Shown here one piece after another: positions 21,601 through 30,092 of a stretch of DNA of 64,000 nucleotides. Positions within the stretch are counted from its first letter, which is position 1, and the number at the start of each line of letters is the position of its first letter. The DNA is from Thermovirgaceae bacterium (GTDB taxonomy: Bacteria > Synergistota > Synergistia > Synergistales > Thermovirgaceae), in contig JAXGNU010000004.1 in NCBI GenBank assembly GCA_040767805.1, forward strand, positions 32,001 through 96,000, given 5' to 3'. Position numbers and translations under genes: made by a program. The notes under the pieces were generated by a model, which saw only the letters and a program-made list of their open reading frames with translations, ran no database searches and was not told the origin of the DNA.

Positions 21601-24600
21601 GTATCGATATCCTTTAAGGACAAGGTGTTGGTGTCAGGAGAAACCAAGGGGTCATCGGTCTCAGTGAAGCTCTCGGAATCGCTGTCGCCAGCTCCCTTGG
21701 AGATCACCGGCGCGTCATTCGTGCCGTGAATTCTAATGGTCAACGTGGCATTGGAACTGCCTCCCTCATCATCGGTGATCGTGTAGGTGAAGGTGTCCGT
21801 TAAATAAGGGTCGTTGTGAGCAAGGGCCTGGATTGCCGGGTCCGTGTTGTTCAGGTTGTAGGTGTAACTGCCATCGGAGTTGATGGTTACCGTGCCGTAG
21901 GCGCCATCGATCGACACACTACCGCCCTCGGAGATCGCCTGTCCATCGACGCTATCCACCAGCAAGGGGTCGCCGTCGGGATCAATATCATTGCCAAGAA
22001 CATTGCCGGTAGCGGTGATAGCTGTATCTTCCGTGACATCACCAAAGTCGTTTATCGCTGTAGGTCCAGGGTTCGTAACGGTCCACGTAAACGTCTGGGA
22101 CGTGCTGGCACCGTGGGGGTCCGTCGCCGTCACCGTCACCGTGTAGACACCGTCATCACCAGGGCCGCCCTGGGAAGCGGAACGGTCTATGGTGCCCGAG
22201 ATAACCCCCGTGGCAGTGTCGATGGTCAGGCCTTCGGGAAGACCCTCGGCACTGAAAGTAAGGGTGTCCGAAGCGTCAGGGTCGCTGAAATAACCAGATA
22301 CATCATGGCTTATTGCATCAGCGTCGAAATCAGACCGGCCTTCAATAGGTGTGCTCACAGGGCCATCGTTGGCACCCGTCACCGTAATCGTAAGCGTCGC
22401 CGTGTCGGTGCCGCCCTCTCCGTCGCTGACGGTGTAGGTCACGCTCGTCGTCGCCGTCTCGTTTACTGCCAGGTAGTCAAAGTCCGTCCCAGGATCAAAG
22501 GTGTAACTGCCGTCGGCGTTCAATGTGAAGGTGCCGCCGTTCGTGCCGGAAATAGTACCACCCGCTGAAGCCGTGTCGGTCCCGTTGGTGAATTCCGTCA
22601 CCGAAAGCGGGTCCCCGTCAGGGTCGCTGTCGTTGGAAAGGACACCGAGCTCCTTGGAAATATCAAGCGGGTCGTTCTCGCCCGTCGTGTTCGCGTCGTC
22701 CTCCGCCACCGGAGCAGGGTTCGTAACGGTCCACGTAAACGTCTGGGACGTGCTGGCATTGTGGGGGTCCGTCGCCGTCACCGTCACCGTGTAGACACCG
22801 TCATCACCAGGGCCGCCCTGGGAAGCGGAACGGTCTATGGTGCCCGAGATAACCCCCGTGGCAGTGTCGATGGTCAGGCCTTCGGGAAGACCCTCGGCAC
22901 TGAAAGTAAGGGTGTCCGAAGCGTCAGGGTCGCTGAAATAACCAGATACATCATGGCTTATTGCATCAGCGTCGAAATCAGACCGGCCTTCAATAGGTGT
23001 GCTCACAGGGCCATCGTTGGCACCCGTCACCGTGATCGTAAGCGTCGCCGTGTCGGTACCGCCCTCTCCGTCGCTGACGGTGTAGGTCACGCTCGTCGTC
23101 GCCGTCTCGTTTACTGCCAGGTAGTCAAAGTCCGTCCCAGGATCAAAGGTGTAACTGCCGTCGGCGTTCAATGTGAAGGTGCCGCCGTTCGTGCCGGAAA
23201 TAGTACCACCCGCTGAAGCCGTGTCGGTCCCGTTGGTGAATTCCGTCACCGAAAGCGGGTCCCCGTCAGGGTCGCTGTCGTTGGAAAGGACACCGAGCTC
23301 CTTGGAAATATCAAGCGGGTCGTTCTCGCCCGTCGTGTTCGCGTCGTCCTCCGCCACCGGAGCAGGGTTCGTAACGGTCCACGTAAACGTCTGGGACGTG
23401 CTGGCACCGTGGGGGTCCGTCGCCGTCACCGTCACCGTGTAGACACCGTCATCACCAGGGCCGCCCTGGGAGGCGGAACGGTCTATGGTACCCGAGATAA
23501 CCCCCGTGGCAGTGTCGATGGTCAGGCCTTCGGGAAGACCCTCGGCACTGAAAGTAAGGGTGTCCGAAGCGTCAGGGTCGCTGAAATAACCAGATACATC
23601 ATGGCTTATTGCATCAGCGTCGAAATCAGACCGGCCTTCAATAGGTGTGCTCACAGGGCCATCGTTGGCACCCGTCACCGTGATCGTAAGCGTCGCCGTG
23701 TCGGTACCGCCCTCTCCGTCGCTGACGGTGTAGGTCACGCTCGTCGTCGCCGTCTCGTTTACTGCCAGGTAGTCAAAGTCCGTCCCAGGATCAAAGGTGT
23801 AACTGCCGTCGGCGTTCAATGTGAAGGTGCCGCCGTTCGTGCCGGAAATAGTACCACCCGCTGAAGCCGTGTCGGTCCCGTTGGTGAATTCCGTCACCGA
23901 AAGCGGGTCCCCGTCAGGGTCGCTGTCGTTGGAAAGGACACCGAGCTCCTTGGAAATATCAAGCGGGTCGTTCTCGCCCGTCGTGTTCGCGTCGTCCTCC
24001 GCCACCGGAGCAGGGTTCGTAACGGTCCACGTAAACGTCTGGGACGTGCTGGCACCGTGGGGGTCCGTCGCCGTCACCGTCACCGTGTAGACACCGTCAT
24101 CACCAGGGCCGCCCTGGGAGGCGGAACGGTCTATGGTACCCGAGATAACCCCCGTGACAGGGTCAATGCTCAGACCGGCGGGCAAACCCTCCGCGCTGTA
24201 AGTAAGAACGTCGGAATCCGGATCCTTGAAGAATCCGGAAAAGCCGAGATCTATCCTATCGGCATCGTCGCTGGCCTGGTCAGGTATAGACGTACCTATC
24301 GGAGGCCTGTTAGCCCACCCGCTCTGGGGTATCCTGTCCCATCCCGAATAGGGGTCCTCTATTTCGGGGCGCGGGAAAGGGTCCTTGCCCTCGGCATAAT
24401 CGTAGCTGAAGCTTACGCGGGGGTTCCTCGTAGCCCGAGTGTCGAAGTGGAAGACTTCGTTGACATCACGAATATAGTCAAGCCCGGAATTATTCTCGTA
24501 CTGGATCCTCCCGAGCCGTACGTGAGAGTGGCCCTCCTGTACTACGTCCTCTTCGATGTCACCGCCGGGAGAGGGAGTCGAAGGAGCCGCGGTTTTTGCC

Positions 24601-24887
24601 GGCTCATAATGGGCTGAGGCCTCGGCCGGCAGGTCTGACGGAGACAGCGCTACCGGCTCCGGGACATCCTCCGGGGCAGGGCCGCCCCCCACCGCCAGGG
24701 AAGAACCTTCCGACAGCTCGAAAGGATTACCGGCGGAGTCCATCAGCAGGATCTGGCCGGACCTTACTATTATTATTTCTCCCTCGGGGATGAGGTCACC
24801 CTTCTGGATGGGGATCAGCAGCCTGTCTTCTGTCTGCCTGAAGGCCTCACCGGTTATTTTGACGACGGTTAATTTATTGTTGCCCAT
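15633..24887 (-). CDS. Giant T1SS-secreted adhesin (LapA/BapA-like, ~3084 aa): N-terminal retention module, Ig/cadherin/VCBS-like repeats
   Basis: GGAGG before ATG 24887; no signal peptide; D/T/G-rich repeats (DPDGDPL, NADGSYTF, DTDGSE); EGHSHVRLGRI motif; directly downstream of T1SS genes. Confidence 0.9.
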   Translation of the reverse strand: MGNNKLTVVKITGEAFRQTEDRLLIPIQKGDLIPEGEIIIVRSGQILLMDSAGNPFELSEGSSLAVGGGPAPEDVPEPVALSPSDLPAEASAHYEPAKTAAPSTPSPGGDIEEDVVQEGHSHVRLGRIQYENNSGLDYIRDVNEVFHFDTRATRNPRVSFSYDYAEGKDPFPRPEIEDPYSGWDRIPQSGWANRPPIGTSIPDQASDDADRIDLGFSGFFKDPDSDVLTYSAEGLPAGLSIDPVTGVISGTIDRSASQGGPGDDGVYTVTVTATDPHGASTSQTFTWTVTNPAPVAEDDANTTGENDPLDISKELGVLSNDSDPDGDPLSVTEFTNGTDTASAGGTISGTNGGTFTLNADGSYTFDPGTDFDYLAVNETATTSVTYTVSDGEGGTDTATLTITVTGANDGPVSTPIEGRSDFDADAISHDVSGYFSDPDASDTLTFSAEGLPEGLTIDTATGVISGTIDRSASQGGPGDDGVYTVTVTATDPHGASTSQTFTWTVTNPAPVAEDDANTTGENDPLDISKELGVLSNDSDPDGDPLSVTEFTNGTDTASAGGTISGTNGGTFTLNADGSYTFDPGTDFDYLAVNETATTSVTYTVSDGEGGTDTATLTITVTGANDGPVSTPIEGRSDFDADAISHDVSGYFSDPDASDTLTFSAEGLPEGLTIDTATGVISGTIDRSASQGGPGDDGVYTVTVTATDPHNASTSQTFTWTVTNPAPVAEDDANTTGENDPLDISKELGVLSNDSDPDGDPLSVTEFTNGTDTASAGGTISGTNGGTFTLNADGSYTFDPGTDFDYLAVNETATTSVTYTVSDGEGGTDTATLTITVTGANDGPVSTPIEGRSDFDADAISHDVSGYFSDPDASDTLTFSAEGLPEGLTIDTATGVISGTIDRSASQGGPGDDGVYTVTVTATDPHGASTSQTFTWTVTNPGPTAINDFGDVTEDTAITATGNVLGNDIDPDGDPLLVDSVDGQAISEGGSVSIDGAYGTVTINSDGSYTYNLNNTDPAIQALAHNDPYLTDTFTYTITDDEGGSSNATLTIRIHGTNDAPVISKGAGDSDSESFTETDDPLVSPDTNTLSLKDIDTTNTVETDVVSVVKSGESTYHGPLPDNLLDMLTVSGGLASGETEGKIHWTFDSGTEAFDFLPAGQKLILTYTIEAKDSYGDTDTHDVTITITGTNDVGEIIDDTGNTNEDVTLTGNVLDNDIPDPDYGESLIVSGFKVDSDGDGVQENYFAGDTVTLKTSTGGRIGTFQLNANGSYTFTPHHNYSGPVPEISYKAGNLSFDGWATLKITINPVADAPKWEVHSGVETNEDEMISLNFKMPAITDNIDENGALPGDYPERLGYIELRSVDTGAKIYKGDGTTLLFTGANNTMTIVIVDEHGNLDTTVHYTDLTSDSNYGSAIKLTQAEFEALKILPPANRHNDIDMTLRVTSYETDDSGNRDTSVPGAAASRDIHVEVLAVTDDVDLKIAGSDVSYSATIDEDTTLNLSSLLSANFDDLDGSEKRSIVIYNPEGNDPIAVNGTTVNSGSSITIDAPGLSTSTTGFPAISIGGAANISGDLKGITVTLRAQDTDSDSPGHTPAVKTDSVTLDLYVNPVAGDVTAPPVSTEEDTAVKFMEDLALTDTDGSEVMDSITIKEVPTGWVIKDSGGTVVHTGDGSSDYSVPVAHVSDGSYKDYTITPPAHSSADETLTVSVQTTDTKVVDGTTVTSTETVDLGVKVTVTPVAEVIGTDTDGDGIDDLTMSGDHTYTTHALEDTWFELNQDGFDFKTPWSNQDPDEETYALLTPKLNGGATSAIGSQFKYSEDNGNSWVTLTYNGSAPVEIPVEYLDTVEFKATPNVKGSFEIEVQAKTVDTDPDTGDKVSAVSGSATLTNGVIEPVADKVTLAVSSGLNTLEDVPVALKVRPTSSDPSETFNVTIEDIPDGAKFYYDGEELTVSSGSVTIEDYSAAKTLSILPPHNSNEDFVLKVSAVSVDSHGGITDVSDVATLLITVNVQGVADPAILDVHNFSTTEADLDSGGNAIALSEVINSASLTDTDGSETLTLVLTGLDPEFTVEGATFTGGVGTGRVWIIDTSKLASTNIVAPENYSGAIKLDVKAITTENDGDSLTGAPTPIVIEVAPSPEATITGSTTAPEDTLVPVNFSIVHQHGDTDEVLSSLWIKASDVEGKGFTLYYGNSTATTLADAAGASTPGVVLEDGYYKLTGDAIDSIYAKGAPNAHGSFDFEVKYEITDPSSDGSLPSVSNQTDDTYTLTVRAVTDATETSLGEFEFTGNASVDGTTVTAEGNTSISIPVTVTQLPDPDAGNEPDTDGSERLVRFVIDGVPDGVRVEGGVYIGDTPDHENTGQWLIEKNVAFNDTDQVIEDIVFHLEGSAALVGGLNETITITAVTQDTGSFEFRSGSSWTLVTAPVGEFDDSDATLGSPAQIITYEPTGAGVMEDTPKVLNDLVDFEITGSSPFSITLTHLPPGTVVEGMFQTTVDGQTVWTASGTGGNAELQALLDGIIVTPPENWNENNHPGGFSFSVHLTTYAEGGQQYDHPLIVSPAIEPVTDPALIEVSAPDVYEGDPVPIDLVLSNSADGEFSKIVGGKLYISLDETGMDKPGTLWYEGSQLSLTPVTGVAGVADGNYYVIEGVTDISQTVGLVYTPEAHSSGQATLTATLVGQEENASNIITNTVTGTLTVEPVNSGYDITVNDSSGNEDTKIALDFSDNGLIDNDGSESVLSAVLGNVPEGYLVFYGADEASSVAASNLGSDGFGNTSWSIPVTGGSLPAYIALLPPEHFSGTVPGLELSVYSGESTLDPTASTATFNLEVIPVADGLSITPTNTFGMEGDHIPINLNASIFDTDGSETVTLEVKGLGDYASFYSGGSLISSTIYDSGTDTYTVSGIEASKIDDLSFIQASKTGMVEVTAYTVETNNGDTSTPPVTGSFEIDIFEKIATAGDDTLLYSGKPLDGLAGEDTVIMRFNEGIDFGTDPAIRNVEIFDLRGETSGSNTLNHLSIQDVIDITDSNNTLTIFGDANDSVNIIDDGHWTTETIDGFYVYTHAIHTDVILKIQQEMMANLVPEP
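22067..24156. repeat. Intragenic tandem repeat, 648-bp (216-aa) unit, ~3.2 near-identical copies
   Basis: Units start at 22067, 22715, 23363 and 24011; only a few substitutions between copies. Confidence 0.95.
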
Positions 24888-24938
24888 TATCTTCAACCTC
24901 CATGCCAAAATAGTCTTTTTTTAAAGATGTATATGGGA

Positions 24939-26357
24939 TCAGTGTTCTCGCAAAGCTTTTTCTTTCGCCCTGAAAAGGGGCTTGAGGATATAGGAGAGCA
25001 CCGTTTTTTTCCCTATTACAACGTCCACTTGCGCGACCATCCCCGGAAGGATAGGCCTGTTTTGACCCAAGGTCGTTTTTGCCGTTTTTACCCTTACCGT
25101 GTAAAAAGTGCCGCCCCTCTCATCGACGATCGTGTCGGGGCTTATGTACTCCACTTTCCCGTCGAGTCCGCCATAGATGGCGTACTCATAGGCGGTGAAC
25201 TTCACCACCACATCCTGTCCCGGTTTTACGAAGGCCCTGTCGCTCGGGGAGAGCCTCGCCTCTATGACCAGTTCGTCCTCTTCGGAGACTACCTCCGCTA
25301 TGGCCCCTCCCGGCATGACCACCGCCCCGACGGTGTTCACGAAGAGCCGCTTGACGACCCCCCTGGCCGGAGAGCGCACCTCGGACTGGGAAACCCTGTC
25401 CTCGAGGGCCTTGTTGCCTTCGATGAGACTTTCAAGGTTGGCCATCGTGACCGATAGTTCGTTGCTCCAGTTGTTTTTGTATCTCAGGCTGACCTCGCGG
25501 ACCTGGCCTTCCGCTTCCGTTACGGAGGACTTGACCCTCGAGACCTGGGCCTTTGCCTGGTCCCGGTCTCCCCTCGCCCTGGCGACCTCCTTCTCCAGCC
25601 TCTTCACTTCGAGGGGGGATATAGCGCCGGACTCCAGTAAAGACCTGGTCGCGTTCAGTTCTTCCGTGGCCAGGTCAAAGGCCGTGGAGAGTTGCCCCAA
25701 CCTGGAGGTGGATTCGACCAGTTCCTGCCGTCTTTGGGAGACCCTGTCCCTGCCGACGGAGATCGCCGAGTTCAGTTCGTCCAGGCTCGTCCTGTAGAGC
25801 TGCCTTTCATGTTCCACCACGTTGGGGGCGGCTTCCTCCACTTCTTCCGGCGCCTGGAAGTCGTGTCCCTTGATAAGGGCCTCCAGTCGGGCGGCTTTTG
25901 CCGTGAGCGCCATTATTTGGGCCCTTCTTTCACCGAAGGAGGAGGTGAACCGGGTAGAGTCGATCTTGACTATGACGGCGTCCTTTTCGACCAGGTCCGA
26001 TTCCTTTACAAGGATCTCCTTTATTACTCCTCCGTCGACGGCCTGGATGAGCTGCGTCCCCGATGTGGGCGTCACCTTGCCCATTCCCCGGACGACGTCA
26101 TCGAGGGAGGAGTAGGAAGCCCAGGCCAAAAGGAGAGCCAGCGTTACGAAGAGGCAGTAAATGATGATCCGGCTGCTTATGGGCCTTTGTTCCTCGATCG
26201 CCCATTCGGCGTCGGTTCCCCAGTCGTAGGGGCCGTCGGCCTCGCCGGAGAAGAGCCTGTTGAATATTCCGCCGGTGACCTTGTCCCCGACCTGCTCGGC
26301 CGCGGAGATAAGGCGCCCCGCGCGGTCAAACTCTTTTTTGCCGAAGGGGCCCGCCAT
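24939..26357 (-). CDS. HlyD-family T1SS periplasmic adaptor (LapC-like)
   Basis: TM helix, IQAVDGGVI, RSPARGVV, AYEYAIYGGLDG, ISPD, PGMVAQV. Confidence 0.93.
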   Translation of the reverse strand: MAGPFGKKEFDRAGRLISAAEQVGDKVTGGIFNRLFSGEADGPYDWGTDAEWAIEEQRPISSRIIIYCLFVTLALLLAWASYSSLDDVVRGMGKVTPTSGTQLIQAVDGGVIKEILVKESDLVEKDAVIVKIDSTRFTSSFGERRAQIMALTAKAARLEALIKGHDFQAPEEVEEAAPNVVEHERQLYRTSLDELNSAISVGRDRVSQRRQELVESTSRLGQLSTAFDLATEELNATRSLLESGAISPLEVKRLEKEVARARGDRDQAKAQVSRVKSSVTEAEGQVREVSLRYKNNWSNELSVTMANLESLIEGNKALEDRVSQSEVRSPARGVVKRLFVNTVGAVVMPGGAIAEVVSEEDELVIEARLSPSDRAFVKPGQDVVVKFTAYEYAIYGGLDGKVEYISPDTIVDERGGTFYTVRVKTAKTTLGQNRPILPGMVAQVDVVIGKKTVLSYILKPLFRAKEKALREH

Positions 26358-28558
26358 CAGGCCGTCCTCCTTACCTGGCCCTCTTGGAGAGCCTTCAATA
26401 CCTTTTCCTTCGGGCCGTCAGCCACGATCTTCCCCCGGTCCATGACGATGAGCCTGTCCACCAGGCTGAGCAGAGGCGTGCGGTGAGTGGTGAGTATCAC
26501 CGTTTTGTCCTTCACCAGCGCCGCCAGGTTCTTCTTTATGTGCTCTTCTATCACGTGGTCCATGGACGACGTGGGCTCGTCAAGGATGAGGATCGGCGGG
26601 TTCTTGATGATCGCCCGGGCGATCGCCACGGCCTGCCTTTGCCCGCTGGAGAGGAAACTCCCCCTCTCCCCTATGGGCATGTCAAAACCCTTGGGATGGG
26701 TGTTGGCGAACATCTCCACCCCGCTGACCCAAGACGCCAGGAGTATCTCCCTGTCCGTGACAGCAGGGCTGCCGAAAAGAAGGTTGTCCTTCAGGTTGCC
26801 GTAAAAAAGCATTACGTCCTGGGGGACTACGCCTATGTTCTTTCTCAGTTCTGATGGGTCGATCTGGCGGATGTCCCTGCCGTCGATCAGGATACTCCCT
26901 TCCTGGGGCCTGAAGAGGCCGAGGACAAGCTTGTTGACGGTGGTCTTCCCGGAACCGATGGGGCCCAGGAGGGCGACCTTCTCGCCGGCGCCTATCGTGA
27001 AGGACACGTCGGAGAGGGCGGTGCTCTCCTGCCCGGGGTAGGTGAAGGAGACACCCCGGAACTGCACGGACCCGCGGACCCGGGGCGTGCTTATGAACAC
27101 CGAACCGGCGGGGCGTTCCGTCTCTTTTTGCATGATCTCGTCCAGCGCCTTGAGGGACCGGGAGGCGGAATGGTACTGCATCAGGAGCGCCGCCACCCTG
27201 CCGATGGGGGCGATGGCCCTGGACGATAGCAGGTAGGTGGCGATGAGGCTCCCCATGCTGATGCTGTTGCTCATTATCAGGTAGACCCCTACTACCATGG
27301 TGGCTATGGAGGCGGCCATCTGTACCCACTGGACGGAATTGACCACCGATGAGGAAAGCAGCCTCAGCTTGATGTTGGTCCTTTCCAGGAAAGCCACGGT
27401 CTTCTCCCACCTAGACTGGATGTGCCCCTCGGCTCCCAGGGATTTCACCGTCTCCATCGCCACGAGGCTTTCAATGAGGGTCGCGTTCTTGAGAGAACTG
27501 GCCCTGCTGGTGGTCTCGGAGAGTTCGCGCATCTGCCCCTGGACGAGGACGGCATGGAGGAGGATCAGCCCGGAAGCCACCAGGAGGGGGATGACCAGGG
27601 TCCAGGATATCAGTGCGATGACCAGGAAAAAGAGGAGGGCGAAGGGCAGGTCGACGTAGGCGAGGACCGTGGCGGATGATATGAAAGAACGGACGCTGTC
27701 GAACCCCTGGATGCTGCCGGCGAAAGACCCCACCGAGGGGGACCTCTCCTCGCTCCTCATGTCGAGAACGTGCTCCATCATTTCCCTGGAGAGTTTAACG
27801 TTAGTCTTGGCCGCTGCAAGGTCGACGAGGTACCCCCTCGTCATGTGAATGACGAAATCGGCCGTGATCATCACGAACACGCCTATGGCCATCACCCACA
27901 GAGACTCGACGGCCCTGTTGGGCACGACCCGGTTGTATACGTTCATTACGAAAAGGGGCATCGAAAAGGCGATGAGGTTGCTCAGGACGGAGGCCACGAT
28001 TATGTCGCGGTAGAGGTGGCGATGTTCGGAGATGACGCCCCAGAACCAGTGTTCCTTTTCCAGTTTTTTCGTGCGTACCGCCCGCTCGTCGAACTGGAAC
28101 CGGGGGCGGGCGTAGATCGCGAAGCCGGTATAGCTTTCGCCCAGTTCTTCCAAACCTATTTCCGTCTCGTCCGGGCCAACCTCGGGGAAGGATACGCGCG
28201 CTTTCCCGGCCTCTTTGTCGACCGAAAAGACCACGCAGCAGTTGTTCTCGGCGAGGATCAGGACGGCGGGGAACAGGACAGGGTTGAGCCTGTCGAGGGG
28301 AGTCCTCACAACCCGGGTCAAAAGGCCCGCCCTCTCGGCAGCCCTGGAAAAGAGGGAGGGCGTGAGCCGGCCGTTCTCAAGGGGTAGACCGGCCAGCAGC
28401 GTATCGACAGAGGCATGTACACCGTGGAAACTCGAAAGGACCGCGAGCGAGGCGGCCAACGGGCCGCCCCGCAAGGTGTACTCCGGAACCTCTCCCGGCC
28501 TTTGCTCTTCGAGGGCAGGGCCGTTCATCCTTCGGGCTTCCGCTTCGGTGTTCCCCAT
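26357..28558 (-). CDS. T1SS ABC transporter permease/ATPase (LapB/LssB-like, C39-like N-terminus)
   Basis: PLFVMNVYNRVVPN, GPIGSGKTT, LSSGQRQ, ILDEPTS. Confidence 0.94.
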   Translation of the reverse strand: MGNTEAEARRMNGPALEEQRPGEVPEYTLRGGPLAASLAVLSSFHGVHASVDTLLAGLPLENGRLTPSLFSRAAERAGLLTRVVRTPLDRLNPVLFPAVLILAENNCCVVFSVDKEAGKARVSFPEVGPDETEIGLEELGESYTGFAIYARPRFQFDERAVRTKKLEKEHWFWGVISEHRHLYRDIIVASVLSNLIAFSMPLFVMNVYNRVVPNRAVESLWVMAIGVFVMITADFVIHMTRGYLVDLAAAKTNVKLSREMMEHVLDMRSEERSPSVGSFAGSIQGFDSVRSFISSATVLAYVDLPFALLFFLVIALISWTLVIPLLVASGLILLHAVLVQGQMRELSETTSRASSLKNATLIESLVAMETVKSLGAEGHIQSRWEKTVAFLERTNIKLRLLSSSVVNSVQWVQMAASIATMVVGVYLIMSNSISMGSLIATYLLSSRAIAPIGRVAALLMQYHSASRSLKALDEIMQKETERPAGSVFISTPRVRGSVQFRGVSFTYPGQESTALSDVSFTIGAGEKVALLGPIGSGKTTVNKLVLGLFRPQEGSILIDGRDIRQIDPSELRKNIGVVPQDVMLFYGNLKDNLLFGSPAVTDREILLASWVSGVEMFANTHPKGFDMPIGERGSFLSSGQRQAVAIARAIIKNPPILILDEPTSSMDHVIEEHIKKNLAALVKDKTVILTTHRTPLLSLVDRLIVMDRGKIVADGPKEKVLKALQEGQVRRTA

Positions 28559-28565
28559 GGATACC

Positions 28566-29942
28566 TTACTGCACCTTGTCTTTTACGATCTCCAACCGGA
28601 TCTCTTCCGGCGACGGCAGGCTGTCACCGAAGACGTTAAAGTATTTCAGCAGCTGCCCCGAGGCCGCGAGGTACCTGGCCTTGGCTATCGTCAAGTTGGA
28701 TTCGGCGTTCACATAGGCCCTGTTCGCCTGGAAATATTCGTTTTCAGCGTCGAGCAGGTCCAGGAGGCTTCTCCTTCCGGCCTCGAACTGTTTCCCATAG
28801 GCCTTCCTGGTATGGTCGGCGTATTGCCTGTGCTGGTCGAGGCTTTCAAGCTGTTCGCTCAGGGTCCTGACGTCGTTGAAAGAGACGAGGGCTATCTGCT
28901 TCACGTCCCGTTCGGCCCTATTCTTGTTCTCTTCCGTTTCCTTCAGGAGTTCGCCGTAACGCTCGATGTCGGCCTTGTCAGAGCCGCCGTTGTAGAGGTT
29001 GTACCTCAGTATGAGCTCGACGACCCTCTTGTCCCTGTGGCCTCTCACGCCGTCGACGTCGTTCTCGAAATTGGCGCTGGCCCTGAAATCCAGCCTGGGG
29101 CTCATTTTTGATCTCTGTTCACTGACGGCGTAAGACATGGAGTTGACCTGCTCCTGGTGAGAGCAGACCAGGGGGTTGTCGGCCAGGATCTTTTCCATGG
29201 AGGAGTCGATCTCCCCGGGCAGCGCCAGGTCGATGGCGCTCTTTCCCAACCCCTCCCCGGGGTTCTCACCGACGACCCTGACGTACTGGGTCCCGCTGTC
29301 ATGCAGGTTGGATTCCTCGGTCATGAGATTGACTCGGGCGAGGGCGAGCCGGCCCTTCGCCGTCTCGAGGTTGACCTGGCTGTCGACTCCGGCGGCGGTC
29401 CTCTCCTGGACCTTATTTTTGATCTCTTCATGTCTTGCCATGTTTTCCCTGGCCATCTCAACAAGGGTCCTGTACCTTATCATGTCCTCGTGGCTCCTCA
29501 GGGCGGCCAGGGCAACCTGTTCCATCGATGAAATGAGGTCATAGTAGCGCATTTTTTGGGCATGGCTCAGCTTCTTGACCCTGCTCGAGGTATAGTTCCC
29601 GTCGAAGATCATCTGGGTGAGGCTCAAAGAAACGCCGTTCCTGGTATATTCCTGGAAGTCGCGACCCGCGTAGCCTTGGCCGTCAAGGTATTCTCGGCCT
29701 ATACCGGCGGTCAGGTCCAGCCGGGGCCTGAACCCACCCCGGGCCGAACCGAGTTCCCTCTCGGAAGCGCTGAAGGAGTACCACTTGGCAAGGACTTCAG
29801 GGTTAGTGGATATTGCTTTGAGCAGGGAGTCAACGGTGGTCACTTCCCTCGCTTCCGCCTGGACGCCCCCCAATGAGAAACACAGGATGAATAGTAAGGG
29901 GTAAAACCAAAACTGAAGACTCTTTTTCGAAAATAGACGCAC
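28566..29942 (-). CDS. TolC-family outer membrane protein (LapE-like)
   Basis: Signal peptide, PRLDL repeats, QFEAGRRSLLDLLDAENE. Confidence 0.92.
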   Translation of the reverse strand: MRLFSKKSLQFWFYPLLFILCFSLGGVQAEAREVTTVDSLLKAISTNPEVLAKWYSFSASERELGSARGGFRPRLDLTAGIGREYLDGQGYAGRDFQEYTRNGVSLSLTQMIFDGNYTSSRVKKLSHAQKMRYYDLISSMEQVALAALRSHEDMIRYRTLVEMARENMARHEEIKNKVQERTAAGVDSQVNLETAKGRLALARVNLMTEESNLHDSGTQYVRVVGENPGEGLGKSAIDLALPGEIDSSMEKILADNPLVCSHQEQVNSMSYAVSEQRSKMSPRLDFRASANFENDVDGVRGHRDKRVVELILRYNLYNGGSDKADIERYGELLKETEENKNRAERDVKQIALVSFNDVRTLSEQLESLDQHRQYADHTRKAYGKQFEAGRRSLLDLLDAENEYFQANRAYVNAESNLTIAKARYLAASGQLLKYFNVFGDSLPSPEEIRLEIVKDKVQ

Positions 29943-30092
29943 TTCGACCTACCTCCTAGCTTTCGAATTAAATATATTGAATTTTTCGTTCCTGGTAAAA
30001 AACAGGAACCTCCCAGTCGTTGATCAAAAGCTGCGTGCCCTCACCGGGTGGACCTTTAAAGGAACCCGATGATACTTAAGACCGATGTGCCG

